From the NCBI GenBank assembly GCA_951406725.2, contig OX597823.1, forward strand, positions 2,356,001 to 2,420,000: 64,000 nucleotides of DNA. Direction: 5' to 3'. Positions 49,757-63,073 of the stretch are shown piece by piece. A model generated the notes under the pieces. That model was not told the DNA's origin, searched no databases, and saw only the letters and a list, made by a program, of their open reading frames with translations. Source of the stretch: Octopus vulgaris. Its lineage: Eukaryota. Positions within the stretch are counted from its first letter, which is position 1. Each line of letters opens with the position of its first letter. The translations under genes and the position numbers were made by a program.

Positions 49757-52700
49757 AGTCAATGTAGAAGTAGAACTTGAGTGGGAGAGAGAAATAGAGC
49801 GTATGAGGGGGAGGACGGAGAAAAGGGTGGGGTGACAGTGTTAGAGAATTATTAAGAGAGGCCAAGGGGTTGAGAAGATGGTGGATGTCAATAAAAGAGT
49901 GAACTGACTGATGGCAGGTAACACAGGAAGGTAAATTGGGAGGGACATCGGATATCAATAGATCGAATTCGGTGACTCATTAGTCCAGCATTGCAATGGG
50001 TGGGGTGGGGGTCATAATCATTCATTTAACGTCCATTTTCCATGCTAGCATGGGTTGGAGGGTTTGACTGGAACTGGTAAGTTGCACCAGGTTCCTGTCT
50101 GATTTGGCATGGTCCCTACGGATGGAAACCTTGCCAAATCAGACTGGAACCTGGTGCAGCTCACCAATCACTCCAAGAGTATAATGGCTACATTTTACGT
50201 GCCATTTACATGGCACTTGCAATGGCCACGACTGTAGTTTCACTTGGCTTGACGAGTCTTCTCAAGCACAGCATTTTGCTAAAGGTCTCGGCCATTTGTC
50301 ATCGCTTCCATGAGGCCCAACATTTGAAGATCACGCTACCAGAAACGGTCAGCGAGAAAGGAGTGGAAGACAAACACTAACAAATCAAAGATCTTCAATG
50401 ACCTTTCATTGCGTGTACGGGATGGACAAGAATACGTTGAGACAGAGTTTCCTATGGTCAGATGCTCTTCCTGTCATTAACCCTCACCAGCAAGGTAATA
50501 ATCCCTCAAGCCATCAAGCAGCCCAAACATGCACTTGTGGAGGACCTCATACAAATGAGACACCTTTTGGGCAAACAAGCATTTTTTTCTTTCTTTAACA
50601 ATTAGTGTGCAACACATCAAAAAGCAGAGTCATGCTTTCTTACTGTAAGTATATACAATAATATATACACTGCTGCATATAAATATGTATATACAAGTAT
50701 ATATCTATTTCTTTACTACCCACAACAGGCTAAACACAGAGAGGACAAACAAGGACAGACAAAGGGATTAAGTCGATTATATTGACCCCAGTGCATAACT
50801 GGTACTTAGTTTATCGACCCCGAAAGGATGAACGGCAAAGTCGACCTCAGCAGAATTTGAACTCAGAACATAACGGCAGACGAAATACGGCTACGCATTT
50901 CGCCCAGCGTGCTAATGTTTCTGCCAGCTCACCACCTTTATGTATATACAAGTATATATCCTCTCATACATCCAATACACTTACAACACTTGCAGCCTGA
51001 CATCCAGAGGTGAAACAAGATATTACCCTGAATGCAGAGAAGGCAAACTTTCAATGAGAGCCACGTCATCCATATTAATGATTTCTAGAACAGACATATT
51101 CCAACAATGGCCAAGGAGTGGAACCAATAGTCACCTATTTAATATGGCAGGATTTGAACTCAGATCATAAAGATATGCAACTAAATTCCAACCTATTCTA
51201 ATGGTTCACCTAAATTAATTAAAATTACCTTTTCATAAAATTTTAGATTTATAAGGTACAGGAAAATGTACAGATTTTAAGGGGACAGGAAGTTATATTT
51301 TCATCTTCCTCTAGAACAGTGATGAAATGAATAAACAGGATAATTGGCAACATCTGGCACCTGGCACAGAAAACTGAGTCATAGCTTTAGTCACAAGTAC
51401 TTTCCCATGTCAGAGTTTTCTCACGGATATCTTCCAAATAATTTCATGGATGTTAATTGAGTATTGAACCTCCAACACTCAGTTTCACAGGACTTCACCT
51501 GCTACAAGAACAGAGGAGATGCAATGGCACAAGAGAGAATCAAGTTGGTGGAAGAGGTTATCAAAGTTACAGGGTCAGGGCACAAGAATTATCCTCAATG
51601 AGACACAATTCAGTTTTGTGGAGACAAGAGGAACTACCAATATCTTCCTCCACATGAGACAACTGCAAGAGGGGCACTTAGCTGACAATAGCCACAATGC
51701 AGCTGTCTCAATGCCTCAAATCAAGAGAACTAAGAGGGTACATAATGGTGTTGGGGGTAGAGGGCCCATTGACATAGTTCTCCCAGGGTTGCAGGGCATA
51801 CAACTTGTCCATGATTTCTTCATATTTCTCACATCTCTGACAATGAACTTCACTAAACTTCAGCTGTTGAATAACAACCTGCTGAATGAATTTCATCATC
51901 ATGACAATATCAGACCACTGAGAAAGTTTCTTTCTCTAGCTGATGGATCACCTGTCACTGCTAAAAACCTCTACCAGTTTCTCAACCATGAACACAAAGT
52001 AGCCATGTTGAAAAAAAAAAAAAAAAAAAAAAAAACCGAGGCTGGTAGTTTTTACTTAAAAGCATCTGTGACACAAATCACCATTTAACTCCTAAGACAT
52101 CAAACTTCCATAACATGTGCTAATTCTTTTCATTTGTACACCTACCTCTGTGTGTGTGTGTGTGTGTGTGTACACATACAGAAATAGATCTACTGGACAC
52201 TTGCTGTTGTTGAATCACTAACCACTGGTGCCATACTTGCTGTACTTCAAAAACAGTAAACCATTTTACAAAGTCTCAGACAAGAAACTGTTAAGCTGCG
52301 CCCTTTCAGGTTTCTCTCATCTGTCCTTCAGAAGCCCCCACTCAGATCTTAACTCGTAGTATCTGCTAAGAGGAAGACCCTACAGACCCACACTGTCTCA
52401 CAACTCTTCCTCTACAATAAGAACCTACCTATCACCTCAAACAATCTCCACTCTCGCACACTTGTCCCACTCCATTCCTCCCTAAACTCGTCCGTCCCTT
52501 GGATCAAACCTGCCCTGCCACAATCAACAGGGGCCATAGAATATTCTCCAGAGTGACATACTGATTTTAATGGCACAAACATAATCAGCAATGAGAAAAC
52601 AACCTTTTACATCTTATATACAAGTGCAGGCATGGCTGTGTGGTAACGAGTCTGCTTCCCAACCGCATGGTTCTGGGTTCAGTCCCACTGCACGGTACCT

Positions 52701-53055
52701 TGATCAAGTGTTTCTGCTATAGCCTTGTGAGTGGATCCGGTAGACAGAAACTGAAAGAAGCCCATCATGCATGTGTGTGTGTGTGTCTCCCACTACCACT
52801 TGTCAACGGGTGTTGGTGTGTTTATGTCCCTGTAACTTAGCAGTTCAGCAAAAGAGACCAACAGAATAAGTACCAGGCTTAAAAAATAGAAATATTGGAG
52901 TCAACACTAAATTTTTCCATGGTAGTGCCCCATCATGGCCAGAGTCTAATGACTGGAACAAATAAAAGATAACTATCCCACTTGAACCACATGCCATTGA
53001 AGCCCTTCATGTTACAAACACTGGACCTCATTTCCCCTCCCTCATAATCTCACAT

Positions 53056-53540
53056 TCAGAACAAAGCAAAAAAAAAAAAGTTCCATAGGAGAAGCTGAAC
53101 CTTATCCCTAACAATGGGAATAATCCAATCAATTATATATTTACTAACTCTGCCCAAATCTGACTTGGTCAGGCAGATTAATCTAATCAAAAAACTTGAT
53201 AAAAAATCAGACATTTGGTCCTTCAAAAAATAATGGGGAGTTTTGGGAACATCTCTTCCCAAGCATTTTTGCTTGCACGCTTCTATTCGGATTTAAGCTC
53301 TTTCAAGATCAAGTCGTTATAAAGACTCGGCAGTGCAAAATAATTATTCCCAGTGTTATCCGATAGGATGGGCAAACCTGGAGAGGATTTCATTGAAGAG
53401 ATTTTCTTAGACAAGATTTTCTGGAAAGGATTTGTGTATCTGGAAAACTTTAACCATTTAATCATGTTCATAAGATCGTTTTCAAAGTTCGCAAGAGCTA
53501 GGTTGAACGCTGGATTTCAGTAAGTTTTAAGGTTATAATT
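53056..53540 (-). mobile_element. Penelope-like element (Neptune-type) reverse transcriptase N-terminal fragment
   Basis: FENDLMNMIKWLKF..NPFQK, ILSDNTGNNY (the ADKT.N.Y motif) and FLKDQMSDF...RLICLTKSDLGRVSKYIID (cf. LKDHK.NF...RLINP.KS..GR.SK.ILD); frameshifted. Confidence 0.7.
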
Positions 53541-53629
53541 GTTTTTCCCATCTGGAAATTCCATACCATTCCTATTATTATCTATATATATATATATACA
53601 CACACACACACATATATATAAATATATAA

Positions 53630-53825
53630 AGTTAATCCAAACAAGAAAACACAAAAAAAACAAAAAAAAACAGCAACGCGAGGACATGGAACAAATAAAG
53701 TATTATTGGACACTCAGGAAAGAAGGAGGGTTTAATGTTTCGAGCAGGGCTCTTCGTCGGAAACATAGGAGAAAGAAAGATCCCGAGAAGGGAAGACAGA
53801 GGAAAAAAAATCGGCAGCGGTACTA
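53630..53825 (-). mobile_element. Penelope-like pseudo-LTR (family H3) with degenerate hammerhead at 53730-53764
   Basis: Minus strand GTTT-CCGACGA-A-GAGC-CCT-GCTC-GAAA-CA-TT-AAAC; it lies immediately 5' of the PLE RT fragment. Confidence 0.6.
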
Positions 53826-53960
53826 CACACACACAGACATATATATATATTTAGTGGCAAATTTCAGTTTCTCTTCCCTTTGCTCTATATGCTTGCATAG
53901 TACTTGTCTCCAGTGTGTGTGTTCATTGGCAACCACTTCCCATCTCAGGATGTCCAGATC

Positions 53961-54006
<46 letters not shown>

Positions 54007-54224
54007 TGCAGGCATGGCTGTGTGATAAGAAGTTTGCTTCCTGACCACACGATTTCAGGTTTAGTCCGACTGCATGGTATGTTTGGTACGTACCTTCTGT
54101 AACCTCAAGGCTGGCCAAAGCTTTGTGACTGGATTTGGTGGGCAAAACTGAAAGAAGCCCATCATGTATGTATGTATAGGGATATATATGGCCCTGCTTG
54201 ATCTGTAGAAAAGGTGTAGGTGTA

Positions 54225-54473
54225 GTCAAAGCAAATCCACGCACAACTGTTTGAGAGCTGGCTTCTGAATTAGATGTAACATGTATGACAATTTCCAACC
54301 ACTTGAAAGAGATTGGAAAAACAAAAATACTTGAGAAATGGGTGTCGTACAAATTGAACAACAACCAAAAAAAATGCCATTTTGAAGTGTCGTCTTCCCT
54401 TCTTTTACGCAACAAGAATGACCCATTTCTCAACCAGATTGTGACTTGTGATGTTCTTTATGACAACCAGTGA
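54225..54473 (+). mobile_element. Mariner transposase internal fragment
   Basis: NPRTTV*ELASEL..TISNHLKEIGK..KWVSYKL (WVPHEL-like)...RNKNDPFLNQIVTCD. Confidence 0.88.
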
Positions 54474-55622
54474 ACTGCTTGATGTCAGGTAACAGAGGAA
54501 GGTAAATCGGGAGGGACACCAGATATCAAAAGATCGAATTTTGTTACCCATTCTTCTAAATGCACACACACACACAATTTGACAGTGTCAAGACTCGAGG
54601 CATAGAGTACAACAAGAATATATTCTTGCAGCCAGTTGAGGAATGGCAGTTTGGGAGTGATGAATGCTAACCACTGACTGTGTGTCATTTCTGAATGTCA
54701 AGTGACTTTGGTTGGCAATAAACTGACGCAAGATTCTGGCAGGGAAGTAAAATGGCAGAGAAATAGTTTTGACAAACAGGAAAATTAGATTCTCTGATAG
54801 CCATGAATGTCAGGTTATTCCTGTGCTATCATTCACTAGGCATACACATACATTTATATATATATATATACACACACACACACGTGTGTGTGTATATATA
54901 TATATAAATGTATGTGTATATATATATAAATGTATGTGTATATAAATGTATATGTATATATATATAAATGTATGTGTATGCCTAGTGAACGTGTGTGTGT
55001 GTATATTCTTTTTATTCTTTCTTTTCTTTTTACTTGCTTCGGTCATTTGATTGTGGCTATGCTGGAGCACCACCTTTAGTTGAGAAAATAACCCCCAGGA
55101 CTTATTCTTTGGAAGCCTAGTACTTATTCTATTGGTCTCTTTTGCCAAACCACTAAGTTACAGGGATGTAAACACACCAGCATCAGTTGTGAAGTGATGG
55201 GGGGGGGGGACAAACACGGACACACAAACACATACACACACTCATATATATAGGTATATATATATATACGACAGGTTTCTTTCAGTTTCCATCTACCAAA
55301 TCCACTCACAAGATTTTTTGGTTGGCCTGAGGCTATAGTAGAAGACACTCGCCCAAGGTGCCATGCAGTGGGACTCAACCCAGAACTATGTGGTTGGTTA
55401 GCAAGCTACTTTCCACACACCCACTCCTGCACATATATAGTGGGTGCACGTAAAAAGCACCCACTACACTCACGGAGTGGTTGGCGTTAGGAAGGGCATC
55501 CAGCTGTAGAAACACTGCCAGATAAGACTGAAGCCTGGTGCAGCCTTCTGGCTGCCCAGATCCCCAGTCGAACCGTCCAACCCATGCTAGCATGGAGAAC
55601 GGACGTTAAACGATGATGATGA

Positions 55623-55668
<46 letters not shown>

Positions 55669-56228
55669 GTATATATATATCATCGTCATCATTATTTAAC
55701 GTCCGTTTTCCATGCTGGTATGGGTTGGACAGTTTGAGGTCTGGAAAGCCAGTGGCTGCACCAGGCTCCAATCTGATCTGGCAATGTTTCTACAACTGGA
55801 TGCCCTTCCTAACACCAATATATATATATATACTCTCTTTTACTCTTTTACTTGTTTCAGTCATTTGACTGCGGCTATGCTGGAGCACCGCCTTTAGTCG
55901 AGCAAATCGACCCCGGGACTTATTCTTTGTAAGCCCAGTACTTATCCTATCGGTCTCTTATGCCGAACCGCTAAGTGACGGGGACATAAACACACCAGCA
56001 TCGGTTGTCAAGCAATGCTAGGGGGACAAACACAGACACATATATATATATACATATACGACAGGCTTCTTTCAGTTTCCATCTACCAAATCCACTCACA
56101 AGGCATTGGTCGGCCCGGGGCTATAGCAGAAGACACTTGCCCAAGATGCCACGCAGTGGGACTGAACCCGGAACCATGTGGCTGGTTAGCAAGCTACTTA
56201 TCACTTACCACACAGCCACTCCTGCGCC

Positions 56229-56301
<73 letters not shown>

Positions 56302-57394
56302 GAAGTCAATACCTATCCAAGGGGCAATGGCTTCTTCGATGCAAATGCTACCAATGAAGAATGCATCTATTGCAGACAACTGAAGAATCACAACTGTACA
56401 AGTTTATGTTACACCTAGCGGCACCTTCACAAGAGGAAAAATACAAAAGTGCCACAAAGAGTCAGAAATGCCTATGATACCATAAACTCTGCAATAACAA
56501 CAGATTTTATACACGACACACACACACACAGCGTTTATTTCAGTTTCTGTCAAGCAAATGCAATCACAAGGCTTTGGATAGCCTGAGGCTATATTAGAAG
56601 AGCTATTAATAGAAGAAGCTTGCACAAGGTGCCATATAATGGAACTGAATCCAAAACCCTTTGGGAAGCAAACTTTATACCACTGAGCCACGCCTGTGTC
56701 TAACACCAGACTTAGAAATGGATTCAGCGTCATTTCAAGTCTGTTTCCCATGCCCGCAGTCCAACATTTCATTTAGAAAATATGACCCCAGACACTTGCT
56801 AGCTTCCAGTATACGGAGCTTTTAACTGATAGCACTTGCATGTGCAAGTTGTTTGCAAGACATCTATATTTAATAACAGTTTGACTCAGCTCAATATGAC
56901 AAATTTTTTGAGGATGTGGGACAGACCGATCTCAGCATATATATATATAAAGGAAAGAATAAATAGAGTCAAAAGGAAGAGGGAGTACGACTCGACAGCT
57001 GTTTAATGACCACTACACATGTTTCAATACAACATAGATCCACATATATACAGGCTTTAAAATAAGTAACAGTTTACCTGTATAATAAAGGAGAGTGAAC
57101 TATTTTATACTCTAATACATTCTTAACAGAATACACCTCAACTGTATATGTATATATATAAATATATCATCATCATCGTTTAACATCCGCTTTCCATGCT
57201 AGCATGTGTTGGACAGCTTGACTGAGGACTGGTGAGCCAGAAGGCTGCACCAGGCTCAATCTGATCTGGCAAAGTTTCTACAGCTGGATGCCCTTCCTAA
57301 TGCCAACCACTCTGAGAGTGTAGTGGGTGCTTTTACGTGCCACCGGCATGAGGGCTAGTCAGCCGGCACTTGGTACGACTACACTTGAATGTGT

Positions 57395-57660
57395 GGTCGG
57401 GGTGTTGCACTCACGATCTAGTGATCATGGTTTCAATTCCCAGACTGGGTGGTGACATTGTGTTCTGGAGTGAAACACTTCATCTCAAATTGCACTGCCA
57501 TCACTTCGACACTTGATGCATGTTACACCGTGCACTTGTTCAAATGTCGATTTGATGGAGGGAGGGAGCTAATGTGAGGCACATGCATTTGATCCCTATA
57601 AACAAATCATTTGCTCAGGTCGTTCGGCAAAAGCTGAATGCTCATCCCTCATCTTCAACA
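57395..57660 (+). mobile_element. tRNA-derived SINE (additional family, decayed)
   Basis: gtggtcggggtgttgcactcacgatc...ggtttcaattccc tRNA-like head. Confidence 0.6.
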
Positions 57661-57690
57661 GCAAACACTGTCATATATATATATATATAT

Positions 57691-57980
57691 GTGGAGGTGC
57701 AATGGCCCAGTGGTTTGTGCAGCGGTCTCGCGGTTTCAATTCCCAGACCGGGCGTTATGAGTGTTTATTGAGCGAAAACACCTAAATCTCCACGAGGCTC
57801 CAGCAGGGGGTGGTGGCGGTCCCTGCTGTACTCTTTCGCCACAACATTCTTTCACTCTTTCTTCTGTTGGCCTGCTCGCTTAGCCAGCAGGGTGGTGTCA
57901 TTTGAAGGCTAAAACAATGCGAAGCGCATTGTGACCAGCGATGTGTAGCAACATCTGATAGCCTGGTCAGTCACGGTGAT
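57691..57980 (+). mobile_element. tRNA-derived SINE family C
   Basis: A-box tggcccagtggtt and B-box ggtttcaattccc. The 3' part is shared in reverse with 59875-60160. Confidence 0.75.
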
Positions 57981-58664
57981 ATATATATATATATAAAATC
58001 TGCCAGTCCACTCTGTAAAGTGGTTGGTGTTAGGAAGAGCATCCAGCTGTAGGAACCATGCTTGGCACAATCTCAAAGTTTACCAACTCTTCTCAAACCG
58101 CTCCACCCATGCCAACATGGAAGACAGACATTAAATGATGATATTATGAGTCATGTTTATGGATGTGGAGATGGCTAAGTGGTTAATAAGTTTACTTTTC
58201 CCGCATGTGCTGAGCTCCTGGCTATGATTCTGTTGGATAAGGACCTCATGAGCCAATGCGCTTGGGTTAACTGAAAACTTGTGGTGAAAGTGGACAGGCA
58301 CCAGCCACAAAAACTTGTCCGATGGGCTGCAATCTGAATGTCCAGCCTCATCACTTTGTGTTACCCTCAGAGTTACGCATTTCTGTAGAATATTCTGAAG
58401 CATTGTACTTTTAAGTAAGGCTTTCGTTTGATCTCACATAACATTCTAAGTGGAAGAGTCCATTAAACAGGTACAGAAAGGGGCACAAGCATGGGTGGGT
58501 GGTTAAGACATTCCAGCTATGCAGTTTCAGGTTCAGTCTCAATGCATGACACTTCAAGCAAATTCTTTTTACTGTCATCCTGGGCCAACCAAAGCCTTGT
58601 GAGTGAATTTGGTAGACAGAAACTGAAAGAAGCTTGTTGCATGCATGTTTCTGTGAGTGTGATG

Positions 58665-59375
58665 GACAAAATACATTGCTAAAATTGCCAAGAAGGCTGA
58701 GAGTGTCTTGGCATCACTCACCAAATCCTTTGTGAGCCGCTCTCCGACTATCTATCTGTGGCTTTATATAGCTATGGTAAGACCTCACCTGGAATTTGCA
58801 TCACCGGTCTGGAACCCCTATCTTGCCCAGGATATTAATCGTCTGGAAACCGTTCAGTGACGTGCAACCAAGAGATTTACCCTCCATCAGGCATTTGCCA
58901 TATTCTGAACGCCCTACTTCCCTGGGCATGGATACATTGAAACTCCGATGTCTGGCAACTGACTTGGCAGACGCCCATAAAATTATCAACCATCTTACAA
59001 ACAATAACTCTGAGCACTTTTTCAAACTCCACCTGTCTAACAACCATGGATATCTTTACAAAGTCAGAAAACAGCACAGCTCCCATGACTTTCGGAAACA
59101 TTTTTTCACGCTGAGAGTTGCTGAAGCATGGAACAAACTGCCGGCATCAGTTGTTAGTTGTCGGAACACTGCATCCTTCAAAACTTCTATGCTTTCTGAG
59201 ATTCGCCAACACTACACCTGATTTTCTCCCCTCCATACACACACAAGCATGTATCTGACTCATACATTGTTCGCTTTCCAGACATTTGTACATTACTGCA
59301 CATGCTTTATATGCACTTTTGAAAAGTTGTGGTGCACCTGAGCACTGTATACAATAATTTCATTATTATTATTTT
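58665..59375 (+). mobile_element. CR1-group LINE 3' fragment with (ATT)n tail
   Basis: VRPHLEFASPVWNPYL..DINRLETVQ*RATK and FFTLRVAEAWNKLPASVV..FK; stops and frameshifts present. Confidence 0.9.
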
Positions 59376-60174
59376 ATTATTTATATTTCTATCTCCTTGT
59401 CTTGACATTATGTGGTCGTTGTAAATGAAAGTCACCACCATACAAGCAGGGTGGTTCATGTCCAATATTCTGTAAGTTCCTGTCTAACCATGTGGAAATA
59501 TTACTTTGCTTTTAACAGGTGATGATTGGCAACAGGAAGGGCATGCAACCACAGGATATCTACCTCAAGGAACTCCAGTTGACCCATGCAAACCTCAATA
59601 AAAGGATGTTGAAATGCTGATGATAAATGTGTGATGCAAGGTGAGCAGACAACAGGTGCTGATCAGTATCGAAATGATTGGAAATGGCCACCACGACGAG
59701 GAGGAAAAGGATTTAGCTGAACAATTTGAGCCAAAATGGAAAAGAATGGTGCAATCAAGAAAGGAGTGGAAGCACAGTGTGACTAGCAGTGTATAACAAG
59801 GTAACACCACCACCCAACAGTCTGATGGATACAGGTGAGTGACGTGTGTGTGAGGTAATCCTATAGAATCACAGGATTGACCAAACTATCAGATGTTATA
59901 CATCACTAGTCACAATGAGCTTTGCATCATTTTACATTTCAAATGATGCCACCCTGCTAGCTAGATGAGCAGGCTGACATCTACCCTTGATTGAGAGGCT
60001 TCTCTGTCACAGGGTGTACCCATTTACAGCTGAGTGGACTGGAGCAATGTAAAAGGAAGTGTTTTGCTCAAAGACACAACGCATTGCCCTGTCTGGCAAT
60101 TGAACCCATGACCTAGCAATCATGAGAGTAATACTCTAACCACTAAGCCACTTGCCTTCACAATCTTAAAGAAT

Positions 60175-60335
60175 CATCATCATCATCGTTTAACGTCCGT
60201 TTTCCGTGCTGGCATGGGTTGGACGGTTTGACTGAGAGCTGGCAAGCCAGGAGGCCACACCAGGCTATAATCTGATCTGGCAATGTTTCTACGGCTGGAT
60301 GCCCTAACACCAACCAGTCTGAGAGTGTTGTTGGT
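60175..60335 (-). mobile_element. RTE 3' tail hosting the 66-bp array
   Basis: catcatcatcgtttaacgtccgttttccgtgctggcatgggttggacgg, the same tail family. Confidence 0.9.
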
Positions 60336-62467
60336 GCCTTTTACGTGCCACTGGCACTAGGGTGAGTCAGGTGGTACAGGTAATGGTCACATTCAGATAG
60401 TGCTTTTTACGTGCCACTGGCACTAGGGCGAGTCAGGTGGTACAGGTAATGATCACGTTCAGATAGTGCTTTTTACGTGCCACTGGCACTAGGGCGAGTC
60501 AGGTGGTACAGGTAATGATCACGTTCAGATAGTGCTTTTTACGTGCCACTGGCACTAGGGCGAGTCAGGTGGTACAGGTAATGATCACGTTCAGATAGTG
60601 CTTTTTACGTGCCACTGGCACTAGGGCGAGTCAGGTGGTACAGGTAATGGTCACGTTCAGATAGTGCTTTTACGTGCCACTGGCACTAGGGCGAGTCAGG
60701 TGGTACAGGTAATGATCACGTTCAGATAGTGCTTTTTACGTGCCACTGGCACTAGGGCGAGTCAGGTGGTACAGGTAATGATCACGTTCAGATAGTGCTT
60801 TTTACGTGCCACTGGCACTAGGGCGAGTCAGGTGGTACAGGTAATGGTCACGTTCAGATAGTGCTTTTTATGTGCCACTGGCACTAGGGCGAGTCAGGTG
60901 GTACAGGTAATGGTCACGTTCAGATAGTGCTTTTTACGTGCCACTGGCACTAGGGCGAGTCAGGTGGTACAGGTAATGGTCACGTTCAGATAGTGCTTTT
61001 TACGTGCCACTGGCACTAGGGCGAGTCAGGTGGTACAGGTAATGGTCACGTTCAGATAGTGCTTTTACGTGCCACTGGCACTAGGGCGAGTCAGGTGGTA
61101 CAGGTAATGGTCACGTTCAGATAGTGCTTTTTACGTGCCACTGGCACTAGGGCAAGTCAGGTGGTACAGTTAATGGTCACGTTCAGATAGTGCTTTTTAC
61201 GTCCCACTGGCACTAGGGCGAGTCAGGTGGTACAGGTAATGGTCACGTTCAGATAGTGCTTTTTACGTGCCACTGGCACTAGGGCGAGTCAGGTGGTACA
61301 GGTAATGGTCACGTTCAGATAGTGCTTTTTACGTGCCACTGGCACTAGGGCGAGTCAGGTGGTACAGGTAATGGTCACGTTCAGATAGTGCTTTTTACGT
61401 GCCACTGGCACTAGGGCGAGTCAGGTGGTACAGGTAATGGTCACGTTCAGATAGTGCTTTTTACGTGCCACTGGCACTAGGGCGAGTCAGGTGGTACAGG
61501 TAATGGTCACGTTCAGATAGTGCTTTTTACGTGCCACTGGCACTAGGGCGAGTCAGGTGGTACAGGTAATGGTCACGTTCAGATAGTGCTTTTTACGTGC
61601 CACTGGCACTAGGGCGAGTCAGGTGGTACAGGTAATGGTCACGTTCAGATAGTGCTTTTTACGTGCCACTGGCACTAGGGCGAGTCAGGTGGTACAGGTA
61701 ATGGTCACGTTCAGATAGTGCTTTTTACGTGCCACTGGCACTAGGGCGAGTCAGGTGGTACAGGTAATGGTCACGTTCAGATAGTGCTTTTTACGTGCCA
61801 CTGGCACTAGGGCGAGTCAGGTGGTACAGGTAATGGTCACGTTCAGATAGTGCTTTTTACGTGCCACTGGCACTAGGGCGAGTCAGGTGGTACAGGTAAT
61901 GATCACGTTCAGATAGTGCTTTTTACGTGCCACTGGCACTAGGGCGAGTCAGGTGGTACAGGTAATGGTCACGTTCAGATAGTGCTTTTTACGTGCCACT
62001 GGCACTAGGGCGAGTCAGGTGGTACAGGTAATGATCACGTTCAGATAGTGCCTTTTACGTGTCACTGGCACTAGGGCGAGTCAGGTGGTACAGGTAATGG
62101 TCACGTTCAGATAGTGCTTTTTACGTGCCACTGGCACTAGGGCGAGTCAGGTGGTACAGGTAATGGTCACGTTCAGATAGTGCTTTTTACGTGCCACTGG
62201 CACTAGGGCGAGTCAGGTGGTACAGGTAATGGTCACGTTCAGATAGTGCTTTTTACGTGCCACTGGCACTAGGGCGAGTCAGGTGGTACAGGTAATGATC
62301 ACGTTCAGATAGTGCCTTTTACATGTCACTGGCACTAGGGTGAGTCAGGTGGTACAGGTAATGGTCACGTTCAGATAGTGCTTTTTACGTGCCACTGGCA
62401 CTAGGGCGAGTCAGGTGGTACAGGTAATGGTCACGTTCAGATAGTGCCTTTTACGTGTCACTGGCAC
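60334..62467. repeat. 66-bp tandem array, about 32 near-identical units
   Basis: Unit GTGCTTTTTACGTGCCACTGGCACTAGGGCGAGTCAGGTGGTACAGGTAATG(G/A)TCACGTTCAGATA, with no spacers. Confidence 0.98.
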
Positions 62468-63007
62468 ATCTCAACATCATTCACATGTGCCTGACTCGGG
62501 CTCAGAAGTTACAGCCTGAGTTGTTATCAATAATTGTAAAAATTAAAAGTAATTCAAACTCAATGTTTTCTTGAAACCAAAAATTTCTATAGAGATTAGG
62601 ATTTAAATTCCAATCTATGAAAAGTTTCCGGTCTACAATACTCTTAAAGGAACGAAAAATTACCCAGCAACTCGGACTAATTCGAATGGGCCTGGTAGGT
62701 GTAAGAGACTAACTGGCATCTCTTGTCAAGAGTACAGGTGACAGATCACTGATGTTTGTTGTACAATCCGCTATCGTTATTTGATTGCTGTTATTCTGTC
62801 CGTCTGTGTGTAAAGATCAGTTGTGTTTTGCAGGGTTGCTTTATTTTTATTCCCAACTTAGAAATGGAGAAAGATATAGAATCAGATATAAGAGTTAAGC
62901 CATTTGGGGCTAGAAATATTGCGGAAAAACGTGAAATTCTTCGAGCAGGCATATGTCTTATGCGAAATCTGTGATGAGCCTGAGTGATGCTGATGACCTG
63001 GAGTCGC

Positions 63008-63073
<66 letters not shown>

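Noticed and set aside
51519-52088. 189-aa plus-strand ORF
   Set aside because: No recognisable domain, runs through a poly-A tract, and the opposite strand looks more protein-like.
57005-57040. Hammerhead 3' half (GAAACATGTGTAGTGG on the minus strand)
   Set aside because: No CTGANGA core was found upstream.
60334-62467. CRISPR-like array
   Set aside because: The units are contiguous and nearly identical, with no unique spacers and no cas genes, and the context is eukaryotic.
62971-63013. Box C/D snoRNA-like motif (GTGATGA...CTGA)
   Set aside because: Only about 43 nt between the boxes, and no recognisable rRNA guide.
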